From: Negaprion brevirostris
Lineage: Eukaryota
Length of the DNA stretch: 64,000 nt
Direction: 5' to 3'
Assembly: GCA_030324005.1 (NCBI GenBank)
Contig: JARDVH010000073.1
Coordinates: 80,588,220-80,652,219, forward strand
Each line of letters opens with the position of its first letter. Position 1 is the first letter of the stretch. The translations under genes were made by a program, and so were the position numbers. The notes beneath the pieces are model-generated. The model made no database searches. It had not been told where the DNA came from and saw nothing but the letters and a program-made list of their open reading frames with translations. This document shows positions 41,600 to 55,096 of this stretch, one piece after another.

Positions 41600-41872
41600 C
41601 TAGCCCAACTGCGTTCACTGTCTCTCGTCTTCCATCTCTGAGCTCTTTGTAGTACAACTGCAATCGCTCTCTCTTGCCACCTAGGCTGAGCTCTCCTTTT
41701 CGCTCTCCAAGCTTTTCATGTCCAACTGTTCTTGCTCTCTCTCGCCACTTGAGCTGAGCTCTCATCTTCCCTCTCTATGCTCTTTGTAGCCCCACTGCTC
41801 TCACAGTTTACCTTCCCTCTCTTTGCTCGCTGTAGCCCCACTGCGCTAGCTGTCTCTCATCTTCCCTCTACA
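41600..41872. repeat. Degenerate pyrimidine-rich tandem repeat (~45-65 bp units)
   Basis: Recurrent ctctcatcttccctct, ctttgtagccccactgc and gctgagctctc motifs. Confidence 0.7.
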
Positions 41873-42980
41873 AGATGCACTCAGCAACTCACTAATACTC
41901 CTCCAACCGTACCATCCAAACCAGTGACCTCTACCACCTAAAAGGACAAGGGCAGCAGAAGAATGGTAATACCACTACCTGCAAGTTCTCCTCTAAGCCA
42001 CAACCATCCTTACTTGGAACTATATTATTGTTTCTTCACTGTCACTGGGTCAAAATTAAGGAACTTCCTCCTTAAAAAACACTGTGGGAGATGTTACTGC
42101 ACTGGTTCAAGGCAGCAGCTCACTGTCACCTTCTGAAGGGCAATTAAGGGAAAAAAGCATTGGCCTTGCCAGCAATGCCCCCATCCCATGAACATTTTTT
42201 TAAAATCAAGAAACAGGGGCAATATACAAGTTTAAATATGACCATATATCTTCTGGTTGGCAGGAGAAACCTCTTTACAAAATTAAGAGACTGTGCAATT
42301 CACTTGCAGGATTTGTGGAAGAGGCAGAAGTAATCAACATTCAAGAACAGGTTTATAGATGAAGGAAAAGGGGCACATGGAAATCATTCAGAATATCTGC
42401 CCACATGGAAGTTTAGTACTGACATGAACAGTTTCTATTTCAAATAGGTTCTGTCTCTATTTTGTAATGTCCTTGCATTTTTATATGCATCATTTGAAGA
42501 CACTAAGAATGATGGATGTGGGAAATGGAAATATAATGGAAACATGTCATTCTGGCCAGTGAGAGGTTTTATTTCGATAATGGACAGAACTTCAAGCAGG
42601 TACTTGAGGTCCATTATGATGGAGACTGACAAAGTGAGTATGCTCCAAAAAATTCAGCATGCTCTAGGAAAAGCAAAGACAGTATTATTAATCGCTGTGT
42701 TGACAACTGGAATAGGTGTCATCTGAAAGAATTCAAACAGTATTGCATAGCCACTCGTGCCCTCAAATTTCTACAATCTCTCATAGTGCTAGGAGAATGT
42801 GGATACTGGGAATGAAACATTTTCTTCAATAGTTGTCTTGTCCCAGCATTAGGGGAGCAGTAATTGTCTCAAGTTTGTGTTGGTCTTGGAACTGATCTTA
42901 GAACCTCTTAATCACCGGACAGAAAGTAGAACAAAATTCTAGATCTTTTGGCATGAACACAAGAGTAAAAATGCACTTAC

Positions 42981-43125
42981 TGTTCCTTGTTCCAGTAGGA
43001 GCTGGCATTTGCTGAGACATTCTGGGCTCTCAGTGAGCTCAATCAAGGCTTTTTCCGCTTGTAATCGCTGGGCTGGATCTGTGGCCTCATAAAGTTGCTT
43101 GCATACTATTTCCAATTGTGCCAAA
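42981..43125 (-). CDS. RANBP17: RANBP17 / exportin-7 family exon 2 (importin-beta N-terminal region), 5' end lost in N gap
   Basis: Encodes [48 protein letters not shown] followed by a GTAAGT donor (42975-42980, phase 0). The C-terminal half [16 protein letters not shown] fits RANBP17 better than XPO7 ([16 protein letters not shown]). No stops or frameshifts. Paralog assignment is less certain than the family assignment. Confidence 0.85.
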
Positions 43126-43225
43126 NNNNNNNNNNNNNNNNNNNNNNNNNNNNNNNNNNNNNNNNNNNNNNNNNNNNNNNNNNNNNNNNNNNNNNNNNNN
43201 NNNNNNNNNNNNNNNNNNNNNNNNN

Positions 43226-43900
43226 TTGCAAGGCATGATGGAGTCTGTCCACCTTCAGTCTGAAATGTTAGTGCTGATGTGCCATCACAATAAGGTCAAC
43301 ACTGGTAGGATGGTGACCACTGTGGAGATCTTGGTCCAGGACATCAGTCCAGCACTGCCGCAGGAGTTACACTCATTGCCAAGATATTTGCTGGCATCCA
43401 TCAGTGTCGACTCAAGAGGGGGCAGGGAAATTCAAATTCACTCAATGCCTTCGGCATCCATAGGGAGGAGGGTCAGCAGGTGTACACTCCAGGGCCATTC
43501 ACCCAAGTGATTGCAGGATTGTCTGCCCCATCCAAATCCCCTCTTCCTGTGAGCCTATCATCTCCAGCTCCACAAGCCAACACAGATAGCACTGCCACAC
43601 AGCAGAACATAAAAGCAGGCTGGGGCCCTAGAGATCTCAGCCTTAAAGGTCATCACAGATAACAGGGTGTAGCAATCAGCAGATTGCCTCCACCTCCACT
43701 GTGGATGTTGAGGATGCACAAAGACACAGCGGCAGAAAGGTCAAGAAGGAGTAGTTGCACCGCATGGGCACAGATGCTAATCAGCTTACATATTGAGTTG
43801 ACCATTATAAATACACACCCAAGAATGTCTCCTTGTCTATGGCTTCTTGTTATGATGAATCGTGTTCATGTTAGTCAGGTGTGAAACCTTGGTCCCTGCT
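43226..43900 (+). mobile_element. Probable 3' continuation of the Harbinger Myb-like gene remnant
   Basis: Reads LQGMMESVHLQSEMLVLMCHHNKVNTGRMVTTVEILVQDISPAL followed by a Pro/Ser-rich tail. Same strand and composition as the part ending at 40023. Recognised from recalled resemblance, not from an alignment. Confidence 0.55.
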
Positions 43901-45879
43901 CAAAATGAAGGCAAGTTTCAAAGTCTAGGTTCTTTCCTCTGTGCAGTGTGTTATGATGATGTGGAGATGCTTGCGTTGGACTGGGGTAAACACAGTAAGA
44001 AGTCTTGACTCCTTACAATGTGTAATGAGCATAGTGATTGTTCTGCCTCAGTCACTCTCCCAATCAGTGATGCTTGCACCTCGATGTGGCTTGTGTTTGC
44101 TACAAGGATCTTGTACCCAAGTGTCACAGGGTTCCTTGATGTCCTATATTTGCTCACATAATAACTATTTTAATATTGCCCCTGTTTTGAAAAGATTTAT
44201 TCACCTCCATCTCAGAACAGCATCCCACCCACACTAGTAAATGTTGTAACTTCTAAATCTCCACATCAACCAGCCGACTGGCTTTGTTTGTGGAGTCAGC
44301 AATCCTGCCCTAGTATTTGTTAAATTATGGGCAGTGTTTCTTTCTGTTTGCTACCCACTTATGCCAAGAAGAAATCCAGTGAAGGCTATCTCTAATTAAG
44401 AAGCTATTAGTCTGATTGGATTTAATTTCAGAAAGTGAAAAGATAAGTGTTCCAAAACATAGCATGATTCTATCTTGTAGCTGCTTTATTGAAAATAAAC
44501 TGTGTTTTCCTCCTCGACACCACTGCTGGTTTCCAGTGGAGATTTTTAAAAGAAACATATTACTTTATTTCAGTGAAATTACAGAAAATTGGAGAGAATT
44601 AATGACAGAAGAAATTCTAAACAAAACAAATTGCTTGTTCTTGTCCCGCCCATCCAGAATAATCCTATTCTCACCCAACACATTCCTCCTATTGTAGAAT
44701 ATAATTGTTGCTTGAACAAATCTCTATATTTTATGATGCATACTAATAGAATTGATTTAATCTGTTTAAGAAATGGGCAACAATGGTAGTTCTTATTTAA
44801 GCAATGTTAAGTAAGATGATGCACAACTCCTCATTCTTGTTTGGCATAAATGTGATTGTTGTTTCCTGAGTGTCTTATAAAAAGAAAATGCAGATAAAGG
44901 GTATAACTAAGTAAAAATCTGAATGTTTAGAGAAAATTTCCTTTCAAGAAGGCTTATTGATAGTCTAATCAGTTGCATGTCTGTGGGAGTTTGTGGATGC
45001 AGCCTTATTAATACAACAGAATAAACACCATTGCTCAGGAGAACAAGAGCAGATGGGTAACAGAATATAAATAATCTGATTATAATTTGTGGTGGTTCAA
45101 AAATTATATTTTATGTTATTTTGTTTTTCTGCAATAAGTTCACACGTTCAGAAAATGAAGTGAACCCGGCCTTATTTATGGCTCCTTCACATGCTTTGTA
45201 ATTCAATATTCTGCTTAACCTGTCAACTCAGTCAGGGCTCCATAAATAGAATGCAACATATCATCCTGGATATACAACTGGAAGAAATAAAACAAAATAG
45301 TATGCCAGGTTTATTTACAGCACAACAGAAAAGCATAAAATAAACACATTCATTGAACCAAGGAAAGGTTCCAGCACAGTCTCATACAGGTTCAGGCAGT
45401 GGTCAAAATTTAACCTCAAATCGTCTCTTCCATGAAAGTGTTTAATCTCAAATGAAAAATGTTTGATTTACTCTGATGGTCTGTTCCATTGAATACTTTG
45501 AAACTTAAACTGAGGGATCCTGCAGCTATCAACATGAACTGCCTGTTCCATGTCATGGTTTCATTGAAAGCAACAGGCAAAAATCACAAATGGTCTCCTC
45601 TTCAAATACTTTCATCTCAATAAATCTTCCAATTCTCCAGAGCATAGTCAGTGTTTTGGATTTAGACTCGCCATTTTTTCAAAGCTTCTCCTTGAAACGT
45701 TTTCCTTGGTTAGTTTGTTACCATTTTAGGTAACACTTTCAGGATTTTCGCTTAATTGTCCCTTATCCTCTCTATGTTATGAGGGGAAATATGCTTTTCA
45801 GTCATATTGGTTAAATAATTGAACTGTTGGAGGCGATCCTGTTTATTTTAGAAAGAAACTTCCATTATAGCATCTTGAA

Positions 45880-46690
45880 GTCCTGTCTTGATGTGGTGAC
45901 TCAAAAATAGTCTATTAGCTTGTTCCTGGTATCTAAGCAGCCTTTAAAATTCCTGTTAGTTCCAAAGTATATAGTGTTTTAAAAGCCGACAACTGCAAAG
46001 AACCAGTAAGGATATTGATATCACACTTACAAACATTTAGGATTGCAGTTCCGTAATACATTTTCCATTAGCTGTTCAGAGATTTTTTGAATAGTATAAA
46101 GAAATTACTTTCTAATGTTCTCCTTCCCAGGAATTACTATTAAATAATCATGACATCCCTGAGAACTCAGCAAGTAAAGGTATCTTCTCCAGTGGGTAAG
46201 GCTTTAATGGATACATTCAATCTGTGTTTGGATGTTCTTAATAAACTTGTCAAATGAAATCAACCATATTCATACCGAGTTTTCATATGGACCATTAAAC
46301 AAGAGCTAATGTAGAAAATCTTTTCAAGCTACTTGAATCTTTTTAAACTACACTTTAGGAATAAGGACATCTTCTTCACCATGCCTGCAATGTGTCTTTT
46401 TCCAGAACAAGCCAATTAACTATGAACTACTTTTTTGCTTATGATCTGTAAAAGTGCACTTTTTTTTCCAACTGTACTTTCTTTGTGTTTGTGTGTGTGA
46501 CTGCGTGAGTGAATACTGCAGCATTAGATTTTCAGGGTGAGTGCATCAAAAAACAATCTTCTTTATTTAAAATAACAAAATGCCCACTCACTCTGAGTCT
46601 AAAAAACACACACATCTTCTGTTCAAAAACTTATGGACCCTTGGGAAGGGAAAAAGGATTTCATCAACTTTCTCTCACTCTGTCATAACA
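45880..46690 (+). mobile_element. Possible solo LTR
   Basis: Ends in ...tcATAACA after an (TG)n / AT-rich U5-like stretch. Similar architecture is seen at ~21139-22150 and ~48379-49350. No coding support. Confidence 0.3.
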
Positions 46691-49600
46691 GAATTTGGGG
46701 CTGCATCTGATAAATATCCTTGAAGTAAATGGGAAGAGAAAGGCTGAGTTGCCTGAAAAATAAACTTCATGTTTATGCTCATCCTTTTATAATACCGCTG
46801 GGGCTTGTGTGTAGTTAAACTCCGAAAGTAGTTATAAAACTAACTCAACAAATTTCTTCCCACTATCCTTTGAATGCCAGGCATACTTGTCAGCCCTTGA
46901 GCTGCATTCAATGTTGAATATTTTAAATAGTGGGAAACATACTTTTCTTGCTTTATTTACATGTGCTGTGTGTTAATTTTAAATGTCAGTATATGACAGA
47001 GGAGTAACACAGCAGCTTGTCTTTTACCTTCAGCAAGTTTATTCTGCCTCCGATTCGGCAGAGATACTAACTCCATACAATTACCATAGCAATTGTTTCA
47101 GCTGTGTCCCCATTTGGAGGTTGAGCCAAAAATCATTTCCTGTCTTTAATTAGGCATCTTAACAATTAGATATCTTAACAATATCATTGTCACAGCATTG
47201 CCGCCATATTGACACCATGGAGCTTCTGAGCAGGTCATGTGCTTGCTTTATCTAGGGTTATCTTCAACACAACCAAATCACACTGATGAATCAAACTGGC
47301 CCAGTGTATTTCAGCAGACTAATGAGATTATTTAATCCAAAAGAAGACCAGGTGACCCAGNNNNNNNNNNTCCTTGGTTGTGCAGATGTCAAGTCATTCA
47401 TACTCATAAATGCCCAGTATGGTGAGATTGTAGGATTTGTTTGTGCATGTTTCTGCAAGATTACGATTTCAGAAAATGGTGTAAAGTATTATCACCCGTA
47501 GCTTCATCTGTTAAAAGAGTATTGTAACTGATATGTAACAATCTTCTTTATTTAAAATAACAAAATGCTTGCTCCTGTTTATTCAAATTGCCCACTCACT
47601 CAGGATCTATTCCTTTATGTTTTGCATATAAACCACTGATGCTTTTAAAATAAAAAGATGCATTTTTTGCAATATGAAAATGCAATTGTATTGATTACGT
47701 GCAAGGCAATAAACGTGCTTCCCTTGCAGGGTGATAAATAGATACTAGCAAAACCTTCCTTGGTGGTAGTTGATACACTGGTCTGTCAGAGAGTTTTACT
47801 TGGCTTCAGCTGTTCATTTAAACCTATCCAAGGAGGATTGGGAAGCTGGAATTGACAGTTAAACCTTGCCTCTAATAAGTCTATGGTCTACTTCGCAATT
47901 TGCAGTGTTTAGATTTCTGGCTGAAGTATCTCTAGTTAATTCTGTAAATGGTTCAAGACACAACAAATCGTTGGTTCATGTGCAAAGTACTATTAACAAT
48001 GCCAAGTGGAAAATCCAAGCCATTGTCCCCGTAAAAGAAAATTGAGAGAATCAATAGCGCCTGAAATCTCTCTTTAAAAATATTGTCAAGATACAAGATT
48101 GTGCTTGGTAAGTTGATGTTCTTGGCTTCATCAGTATCAACAGGATACCATTTTACTAGTAAAGAATCAGATAGATCAAGATCACTAATCATCATTGCTG
48201 AACAGAGCATGGCACTCTTCCAAAAGGTTTCAAAAGGATTCCTTCTTTCTTCTTTCAATTATAACTTTCCTTCTCTGTTCTCTTCTCAAGACTTTCATTT
48301 TTGTTTAGCTACAACTGCATAGGCACCAGTCATCACTGGTAGCTCACCCAAGTAACCTTTGTGCTCATATATGTATATGTGTTATGGCTATAATTATTGA
48401 GAATTTATTCAGCCAAATGCAAATCTCTGGGCACAAACCCATCCTTACAACAGCCATACATGCATTTTCCAGTCCCAGGAGGGGTTTATATTAAAGATCA
48501 GGAGGGGAGTGTTTTATGTTAAAAATCAGGTTGCAGTGAAAACTCTGGTCAGCTTTGTATGTCTTCAATAAAGAGATGCTAAAGCAAACTTAAACATTTT
48601 ATCAGCTTTACGGCCATCAGTTAACTTAGCAAAGATTGCGCCTGGGATCGCAAGGATTTATATGATTCCTCACTAGATAAACTCAGACCCATTTGAAAGC
48701 AATTTTCAAAGGTTATGAGAAAAAACAGATGTTATGATGGATTCTGTGGTTTCAAAGTGTGTACTCTTTAAGACAGAGTCTAATTGAAACCAAAAAGGGA
48801 AAATGAAAAGGGAAACCAAGAAATTGTCCTTCTCAGTTTCTAATGAAAATAAGACTGGAACAGAGGTTGAAAACCAAAACTTCTGGAGAAATGGAAGCTG
48901 GTTGAAACTTTATAAAAAAAGACATCAGAACTCAGCTGGTGAAGATGATCCTAGTAGTGCAGTACAAGCAGGTTTAATAAGACAGAGGCTAGATCCAGAA
49001 GCCAAGAACAGTCAAATTATTCAATTTTTGGAGCTGTTTCTGTAACTTGAATATAACATTTGTGGATCTACAGCATCCAATGATTGTAAGCAGAGTTGAG
49101 GAAGTTCTGTGCACATTTGCCATGTTTGGTGAATACCTGTGGAATTCAGGTTCGCTGTGCATTGCTATCAGCTGGAGATCAGGCTAAGTCCTGGAAGAAG
49201 AGGAGCTGAAATTCTTTAAGTTGAAGACAAAGCTGTGAAGGACTTTGTGACTGAGACAGAAAACATTAATGCTCAGTTGGCTGCCAAGCCAATTTGTAAG
49301 ATTTGTCTAACAAATTGTATCTGCAATTAATAGATTTTAGAGTACACCTTGTTNNNNNNNNNNNNNNNNNNNNNNNNNNNNNNNNNNNNNNNNNNNNNNN
49401 NNNNNNNNNNNNNNNNNNNNNNNNNNNNNNNNNNNNNNNNNNNNNNNNNNNNNNNNNNNNNNNNNNNNNNNNNNNNNNNNNNNNNNNNNNNNNNNNNNNN
49501 NNNNNNNNNNNNNNTAGTTTCCCAGCATCCAAAACCAAGGCTATAAAACAATGTTTTTCAACAAGCTGTAATGGGTAATCCAACTTCTGGGTAAACCATC

Positions 49601-52600
49601 CAAAGTTCATCAAAAAGATTTTTAAAAATTACTGAAAATTTCAAAGTGTGCTGTTTCTAAAGTCCGAGAATTTATCAAGTAAAGGGGAAACTCAGGCAAC
49701 ATAAAAATGCATCCATGCATTAAAAGCAACAAGATGCACAAATCAGACAGCAATAAAAAGTGAAGGGTAGGTTATTTTTTTCAGGTGGAACAACACATCA
49801 AATAAAGTATATCTAAAAGATTGACTGGTCTTCCTTCTCCATTTACCATTGACATTGTTATGTATTACTGGCATTTTAAGTCTTAAACTTGCATTCATCT
49901 GCAGAGAAATACATCCATTTTTGAGAGCCTTAGATAAATGGCTGTATATATGAGGGTGCATACTCCATGTCAAGAAGAGTTGGGTAACAAGATCCAGCAT
50001 AATCCATTCCAGATCCCTTTAACAGTAAACTTATAATTGAGGTCTGAATCTCTCTAGTAATCAATGAATGGCTATGGGTAATATCCTCACAATAGGAGCT
50101 TATCATGATCCTAGAAACTGAAAAATAGCTCACAATGGTGTTTTCTGAACCAGAACATGTCATTTCTTGGAATCTATTGCAGGTATAAAACAGTTTGGGA
50201 TATATGCTACTTAGAGAAAGTGAGAAAAAAAGCTGAAGTGATCAAGCGTAGAAGTATCAATAAATCTGTCCACAAATTCAATTTCAAAGTTAATCAGGGT
50301 GCACCTGTCATTGAAATGGGAGGCTTGTGTATCAGTCTTTTGTGGAGGGAGACATTCATTACCTTGTCAATAAAAGGGGTACAGATCGGGAACATTAGAA
50401 ATGATAAATGTTGCAAGAGCATTCACAATAATTGGGTTGGCCAAGAATTTATTACTAATAAAAGAAGTGTGAGGATAGAGTATTTGAAAGTCACAGGCAT
50501 ACTACTACAACATCTATATTTCCCCTCCAGAAGTTAATTTTATGAAGGGTGGAGGTTGGAAAGCCAGCCAGAAGAATATTGGAGCAATAAGTCTAAAAGC
50601 TTCAATCTGTTGCTCAGCTACAAATGGGTTGAGCAATAGACAAAGACAAGGATTATTACAAAATGCAAATAGTTGGTCTTTGTGATGAACCAGAAGTTCA
50701 GCTTGTAATCTAACAGAATGTGCACAGTTTCAAACTTATTTGGTTCAGTCAGAGGCAGTGACCAAGAGTTAAGGGCAAGAGTATGGAATATGTTTTTGGT
50801 TGGGTTGGATGGCAGGAGGATATCAGACATTGAAGTCAGCCTTTGCAGTATTTAGCTGGGGATCGGAGATGCAAAAAATTTTGTTTGTGCTGTGCAAAGT
50901 AACAATTTGCATCAACTTGGATCATGTCCATCACTCAGGATTTCTCAGAGTAAAGCTACTACTTAGTTTATTTTGGCCTCCCCTTTCTGAGTTCCTGAAG
51001 TATGCAGTGTCAATGAAATTCTGAACTTAGGAATGGCGAGAGTCAGGCTTGAAGGATGCAGGTACATTGAACACACCACCATTTCACATGAGTCACTGAG
51101 CTGGGACAGTGTACCTCAGGGCACGAATCTTTAAATGTCTGTGCAACAGATTCCATGCAGGAGTCAGAATGACAACAAATGGGACCGGGTTCAGCTGTGA
51201 TGCCCTTCATATTTGAATAGACTGCCAATATATTGTCCAAGTTGACTTGCATCAGAGTTGTTTGTATTGGGTCTTTAAGAGCATTAGAAACATACAATTG
51301 GTTCAGCAAAAATTTACAACTTTTAAAACTTGGTTTTCTAGTTTTGCAGCATTACTGCGTCAATACAAAACTCAACTATAATCTATCCATTAGGAAATCG
51401 CTCCAAGGGAAATTTCTTTCTGTATTCAATCCCCTCCTTCATTCATTTATTACTGTTAAAACACATGCTGCACTTGCAAGATTCCAGCTGTATTTTCTAT
51501 TTAAAAGATTTGACACATATTTTCTCATAACCCCATGTCTGCTTATTCTAAAAATACATGAAAGTCATCAATTCTCCTCCTCCACGTTCTCCCCTTTGGC
51601 ATCTTACCTGATATCTATTATTTCCGAGTACAATATAATCAGACATTGGGCACTACATTTACTACAAAGAGATATCTCTGACCTCGGTGAGAAATAATGA
51701 AGGCCTTGCCATGATAATTCTCAGTTAACATGTCAAAGGTGAATTACTGCTGGAGAGAAAGTGAAAATTGATCAGAAGTAAATCTACCTAATTTCATAGA
51801 GATTTCTCCTTCTAGATTTTGACCTCCATGATATGCTAATTTGGCTCCCAGCTGGAGCAGCAATTATATATTATGCTGGCCTTCAAGGAGAGGGGGGGAA
51901 AAACAGTCAACCAAAGGTCCTACGCNNNNNNNNNNNNNNNNNNNNNNNNNNNNNNNNNNNNNNNNNNNNNNNNNNNNNNNNNNNNNNNNNNNNNNNNNNN
52001 NNNNNNNNNNNNNNNNNNNNNNNNNNNNNNNNNNNNNNNNNNNNNNNNNNNNNNNNNNNNNNNNNNNNNNNNNNNNNNNNNNNNNNNNNNNNNNNNNNTT
52101 CTCCTACCCTTCTTTATCAACTTCTTTGTCAATCTTTGTTGACATTTAAACCTCTCCCAATCCTCTTCTTGCCCATTACTCTTAGCTACTCTAAACGCCT
52201 CGGCTTTTAATCTCAGGATTCCTGGACTTGCTGGCTTCCTTAGGTCCTTCTCCTCTATCAGACTGTCAGATTCTTACTCTCCCTTTTAAAATGCACAATG
52301 TGTTGTTCAATATGGTGAGAAAAGCCGGCTGCAGAGTTTGTGAGCGTCATACCATTTTTGTTTCCTGAGCCAAATCCCTCGTGCAATTTTGTGAAAATTC
52401 CACCCTCAGTAAATGAATGTTGCATGTGTAAGTTCCATCTGCCTGTAAGAATAATTATGTATCTGATCAGCATCTCATCAACCCATATTCTTTGGATTTC
52501 TGATACTTATACCAAACAGGTGGCTTCTCTCCCCCTCTATTTTACCAATAGTTCTTCTGTGGACTCTCCTCCGTTTTTGCTCCAAAACTTTGAACAATTG

Positions 52601-55096
52601 CATTCTTTTCCTTTTTGCATCCTTAATGATTCATTAATGTATTTCTGGAAAGGGAACCACCCAAATCTGTATGGTTTATTCTACATGCAACTCCAGTCCT
52701 GTGTCATGTGATCACCTCATAATATCCTTGAAAATGTAGCCTAGCAAACTAATAAAAACTATGAATACATGTAGCTTTGTTTACGTCTTCCAGATTCCAA
52801 ATCATTCAGATTTATGCTGTTGCTTTGAGCAGAAATACTGAGATTGGAGTGTGCTCAGAAGGCCCTAGCATTTTCAGATTATTTGCTTTGGGATTGTCCC
52901 AAAGCAATAGTCTTTAATGCTCCCAACCAAGACCAATCATCTCGGTTTTCTTTTCAGGTGAGTACTGAGATTATATCTGAAGCTATAATGCACAGCTACT
53001 TTGAAAGGAACCTGCTTTGTTTTTTCCTATGAGACTAAATGGAAGGGACATTATCTGGATTGTGTTGTATGTATGTACTCGAAAAGCTACCTAATTATCC
53101 AGTCTTCACTCCATCCAGGTGATTTTGTGCACCTGAATGTCAATCCAGGAAACCTACCTTTATGATGTGTGTTAATACATAGTTATAGTGGATGGAGAAA
53201 TTTGCTACAGTCATTTTATAACACTTCTCATTTTATAAAGATTTTTAGTCAATCAGCTACAAGAATTTGAATTTGTCTTCATAAAGGTGAGATAATGTGT
53301 GCGACAAACAGGATATTGCATATCTTAAGTATGATAGACAAGAAATGTATGTATCTGAACACTTTTTTAAAATATGAGTCAAAATTTTGGACCCATATAT
53401 CAAGCATCTTAACGTTTCCTCTCATGACCTCAACTTGACATTTTGTAAATTATATTTGTTTAGCAATTGTTTGTCATAATTCAACTTTGCTAAAATCAAG
53501 CATCCAGTATCAACCATAACTGAGTAAAGTTGTACCCTGAGAAACTGTGGATCCTCAGTGCAGGAAGCACATAGAAAACTGCAGATCCAACCTAGGCCAT
53601 GAGTACAATGGAACAGGCACAGAGTAAGTGACCAGTCAGTGAGAGATTAAATGAGACAATGGTTTTCCAAACAGATTTTGCAAAAACATTTTTTCTTGAA
53701 AAGGAACTTGCTACTTTTGTTTTAGTAGGTGCAGAAAACCACAATTGTTTTGAGCTTAATGAGACTGTGCTGAGATATATCGTTAATTTATTACGTGTTT
53801 ACAAAACCCAGGACAATTGCTGTATTCCAAGCGACAACATAACAGTAAATGGCTGGTTGAGGCAAACTTAGCCTTTGCCAGCTCACCAGATACCAACATG
53901 ACAGTTCAAGAGCATTCCATTGTGGAAATGCATACATACCTCCTTCCTTGTATTACTGATGAACAATAGTCTGATTATAGAGTTATTACCAGTGTTGCAT
54001 CAAAAATGTGTTTCCCTTTCAACTTCTGAAGAGGTAAAGAGCATTCAAAGTAATTTTTATTCTTTAGGTAGTTAATGGGCACATATGCTTGTGCCCATCA
54101 TCCAATTGGATTGTTCCATCATGCTGCAAACAATAGCAGATGGAGGAATAGAAGAAACATATGTGATTCACATTGACTTTTCTAAGACTTCATGTACACT
54201 GGATACTTTTGTTTACATTGGCACGCATTCAAATTACAACAAAGGCACATTTGACACAACACTAGTCAATGCACTTGCTTGAAAACACTGGGTGATTTTC
54301 TTCAGCTAAACAAAATATGGTTTAATTTTATTTGTTTTGTTTTTAAAAGATGAAGGATAACTTCAGGATTTGCAAATCTCTGCTTCAAATATCAAACATT
54401 TGTGTTTCAGAGGATAACCAAACACCAAGGATGGGAAATTCTAATAGCACAAGATCCAGGGTCATGTACATAACTTTGAGACAGAGTACAATGTCGTAAA
54501 TTGTAAAGATCAGAATCACCATCTTCTCTGGTAACACTGGGATGTAAGCCTTGCTGGCGAGGCCAGCACATTCCCCTCTCTAATTGCCCTTGAGCAGTAG
54601 TGGTGAGCCAGTTGTATTCCAATGCACTTCATATTTTCTATTGGTAGAATGATAGCAATGCTCAGTAATAGTCATGGGCCGTAAGAGCACTGCAACAACA
54701 GTAATGTGTAAATTATTTCTCTTTGAATCCAACTGACATTGACAAGTTCTGAACCTGTACATTACACCCTGGACCTGAAGTGAGAAGTTCTCCATCATTG
54801 GTAGGGATAAGTTAGGATTGCAGTGTGATCCTCAGATACAGACTTGGTGATTTGTCCAGGAGCTCCTGTAATTCAGAACATAAACCCTATTCAATTTACA
54901 GTTTCTTTCCCTGCAGAATCTCATTGTTCAAAAACGTTGCTGTGGATAAAGTTAGCAAAACATAATCGGGAAATGAAAGCATTCTCACACCTCTTAATCG
55001 GTGCAGTCCAAATAGAAGTACAAACAGATTTATAATGGGGGAATATGGAAAATACTCTTGTTTTTGAGGTGGAAAGGAAAAAGAAGAGAGACTTAC

